Assembly: GCA_048882325.1 (NCBI GenBank)
Contig: JBHLRS010000015.1
Location: 1-37,480 of the forward strand
DNA: 37,480 bases
Direction: 5' to 3'
DNA from: Candidatus Thorarchaeota archaeon
Lineage (GTDB): Archaea > Asgardarchaeota > Thorarchaeia > Thorarchaeales > Thorarchaeaceae
Below, in pieces: positions 35,434 to 37,480 of this stretch; position 1 is the first letter of the stretch; each line of letters begins with the position of its first letter. The position numbers were made by a program, and so were the translations under genes. Under the pieces are notes generated by a model. The model was not told where the DNA came from. It did no database searches and saw only the letters and a list, made by a program, of their open reading frames with translations.

Positions 35434-36573
35434 TCAGGATAATACTTCACGTGCACTCCTGAGTTGTTCTATTATCTCAATATTTTGTGGACACTTCTCA
35501 AGACACTCGCCACATTCTTCACATGCAGAGGCATTATTACCGGGTGCCCATGGAGCTTTCCCAATCATCGAGTAGTAACGTTTTGCGCTCTCTCTGTCAC
35601 CATAGATTTGGTATCTTTGTAGAGCAGAGAAGATGAAACTGATACTAACCTCATTGGGACAGGGCTCACAATACTTACATTGTGTGCAGATGTTGTCACA
35701 CATCTCCTTGAACCTTGCAGCAATATTCTCGATTGATATTCTCTCTTTTTCAGTCATCTTATCGTAGTCGTCTCTTGAGTTGATACTTAGGTTGTCATTC
35801 AACATCTCTTCAGAACCCATACCTGAAAGTGCCACAGACACGTTAGGATTGCTCAATACGAACTTGAATGCCAAGTCTGCAAAGTTCTCCCTTCCAGGTG
35901 TCAACCATTGTTTCATCTCATCAGGCATGTCCTTGCCAGCTAATCTGCCTCCACCGACTGGTCCCATGATGGCTACTGCTAAACCCTTTTCCCCAGCATA
36001 ATTGATCATCTCATGGTTCACCTGGTCGACGATATTATACTGCACTAACATCAGGTCGAAATGCCCAGAATCAATAATCTCTTTCAGGACTTCTGGTTTG
36101 TCGTGGAAGGAGAATCCCAGGTGCCTTATCCTGCCCTCCTCTTTGGCTTTCTCTGCTCGCTCAATGAGGTTAAAGCCTTGAACCTTCTCTTCATACGACT
36201 TCTTGTTCAGGGCATGGAAGAGATAGAAATTCAGATACTCTTCGTTCAATCTTCCCAGTTGTTCTGTAAGGTGTTCATCGAAGTGCTCAGGTTTGGTGAA
36301 TTCTTTCCTACCAACAGGACACTTTGTGACGAGAGTCACCTTTTCACGAAATCCATCCTTCAGCGCCAGACCAAGGACCACCTCGCTCTCACCAGAGTGA
36401 TAGGTCCACGCAGTATCCACATAATTGATTCCACTGTCAATACCCTTCCTTAGAAGATGTATTGCTACATCTCGTTTGATCTTGCCACCTGGCTCATCGG
36501 TTGGGAGTCGCATGCAACCAAACCCGAGCGCTGATACCTTAGTGTCTAGTTTTCCTAGCTTTCTGTATTGCAA
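35434..36573 (-). CDS. Aldo/keto reductase with C-terminal 4Fe-4S dicluster domain
   Basis: LGFGCMRLP, GINYVDTAWTYH, GFSFHD, LSGM; CTQCKYCEPCP and CEECGECLEKCP; start TTG 36573 or GTG 36582. Confidence 0.9.
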   Translation of the reverse strand: MQYRKLGKLDTKVSALGFGCMRLPTDEPGGKIKRDVAIHLLRKGIDSGINYVDTAWTYHSGESEVVLGLALKDGFREKVTLVTKCPVGRKEFTKPEHFDEHLTEQLGRLNEEYLNFYLFHALNKKSYEEKVQGFNLIERAEKAKEEGRIRHLGFSFHDKPEVLKEIIDSGHFDLMLVQYNIVDQVNHEMINYAGEKGLAVAIMGPVGGGRLAGKDMPDEMKQWLTPGRENFADLAFKFVLSNPNVSVALSGMGSEEMLNDNLSINSRDDYDKMTEKERISIENIAARFKEMCDNICTQCKYCEPCPNEVSISFIFSALQRYQIYGDRESAKRYYSMIGKAPWAPGNNASACEECGECLEKCPQNIEIIEQLRSAREVLS

Positions 36574-36631
36574 CCTAATCACTCTCTAGGACTCTCTAAG
36601 AATGAAAAGGCTCATGTTAAATTCATGGGTT

Positions 36632-37480
36632 TCAGATTTTCAATTTGAGGTCGATTGAAAACTCCTGAGCTAAACCAGTCAGACTCTCTACAGTCTTTTC
36701 ATCCAATGGAATTCCTTGCTTCTCTCTTCTTTGATGCTCTTCGAATTCCTTCTCCCCGTGAACAAAGATTCTGCTTTGTCCCTCAGCCTTCTCAGCATTC
36801 TTGAGGTCAGTGATCATTTGATCCATCCTGGATTTAAAGGACTCAATATCGATAAAATATGACGGGTCCAATACCATAAAGAAATGCCCAACTCTCGGGA
36901 ATTTCGATTCTCCTCTGCGGAACGCTAAATCTCTTAGTATATTCGCGCCAGACATGACACCAGTTAGAATCTCGACCATTGCTGCTAATCCATATCCCTT
37001 GTGACCACTATGAAGCTCACCATCTCCACCAAGCGGAAGAATTCCCCCCTCTCCCAGACCTCGATACAAATTGTTAAGAACTCGTGTTGGATCAGTGGTA
37101 CTTCTACCATTTTCATCAGTTGCCCACCCCTCAGGTATATCCTGACCCTTCCTCTCATATACCTCGAGTTTACCGCTTGGAACGACACTCGTAGCTAAAT
37201 CCATCACCCATGGGTTCTCACTGCCAGTTGGAGCTGCAAAGGCAATCGGATTTGTTCCTATCATTGCATTCTTACTGAAGGTTGGAACAACCAAAGGCTC
37301 TGAATTTGTCATGGATATCCCGATGAGATTATGCTCTAGTGCCATCATTGCATAATAACCTGCAAAGCCATAGTGATTAGATCCGAATACAGTGACAATG
37401 CCTACACCCATGTTCAATGCCTTTTCAATTGCTAATCTCATTCCAAAGACACTGACTGGTTGTCCGAGTCCGTTTCTTGC
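36632..37480 (-). CDS. Ldh_2 family (malate/L-lactate/sulfolactate/ureidoglycolate dehydrogenase-like) oxidoreductase, 5' end outside the window
   Basis: Frame is open to the window edge (ARNGLGQPVSVFGM...); SNHYG, GTNPIAFAAP, DLATS, GHKGYGL, HGEKE. Confidence 0.9.
   Translation of the reverse strand, partial: ARNGLGQPVSVFGMRLAIEKALNMGVGIVTVFGSNHYGFAGYYAMMALEHNLIGISMTNSEPLVVPTFSKNAMIGTNPIAFAAPTGSENPWVMDLATSVVPSGKLEVYERKGQDIPEGWATDENGRSTTDPTRVLNNLYRGLGEGGILPLGGDGELHSGHKGYGLAAMVEILTGVMSGANILRDLAFRRGESKFPRVGHFFMVLDPSYFIDIESFKSRMDQMITDLKNAEKAEGQSRIFVHGEKEFEEHQRREKQGIPLDEKTVESLTGLAQEFSIDLKLKI

Noticed and set aside
564-37198. The many 60-190 aa ORFs antisense to or frame-shifted within long genes (e.g. 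2354-2932, 20390-20926, 10466-10858)
   Set aside because: They are shadow ORFs overlapping well-supported genes and have no recognisable motifs.
1-37480. CRISPR array, IS element/transposase, integrase, rRNA/tRNA
   Set aside because: No regularly spaced direct repeats, recombinase ORFs or RNA-gene signatures were seen; all intergenic gaps are under about 260 nt.

Overview
Gene-dense archaeal-type window: TATA boxes about 25-35 nt upstream of starts, GGTGA/GAGG ribosome-binding sites, an Lrp/AsnC regulator, and exported proteins with Pro/Thr linker + C-terminal TM + basic tail. The style suggests an Asgard (Thorarchaeia-like) genome, but that is inference only. Bases 1-25 kb form one amine/amide-scavenging neighbourhood. 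It holds three class-III PLP aminotransferases, an Ord-like amine dehydrogenase, a D-aminoacylase, a beta-lactamase-fold serine hydrolase, a Dpp/Opp ABC importer with a fused, enlarged permease, a surface-anchored BPL_N/GATase-fold enzyme and a long operon of C-N hydrolases. Candidate 15-bp Lrp-type operators recur in its intergenic regions. Bases 25-29 kb encode cell-surface proteins, including a 7-bladed FG-GAP (integrin-alpha-like) propeller. Bases 28.9-33.7 kb hold the best candidate for an undescribed system: a divergent UvrA with no uvrB/uvrC in the window, apparently co-transcribed with an internally duplicated Pol-beta-family nucleotidyltransferase (one degenerate NxN module, one intact DxD module), behind a structured leader. 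Next to it are a small membrane protein whose N-terminus closely matches bacterial EF-Tu, two tandem GNAT paralogs, an Fe-S aldo/keto reductase and a partial Ldh_2 oxidoreductase. No rRNA, tRNA, CRISPR array or mobile element was seen. Family assignments come from motif recognition, not database searches.
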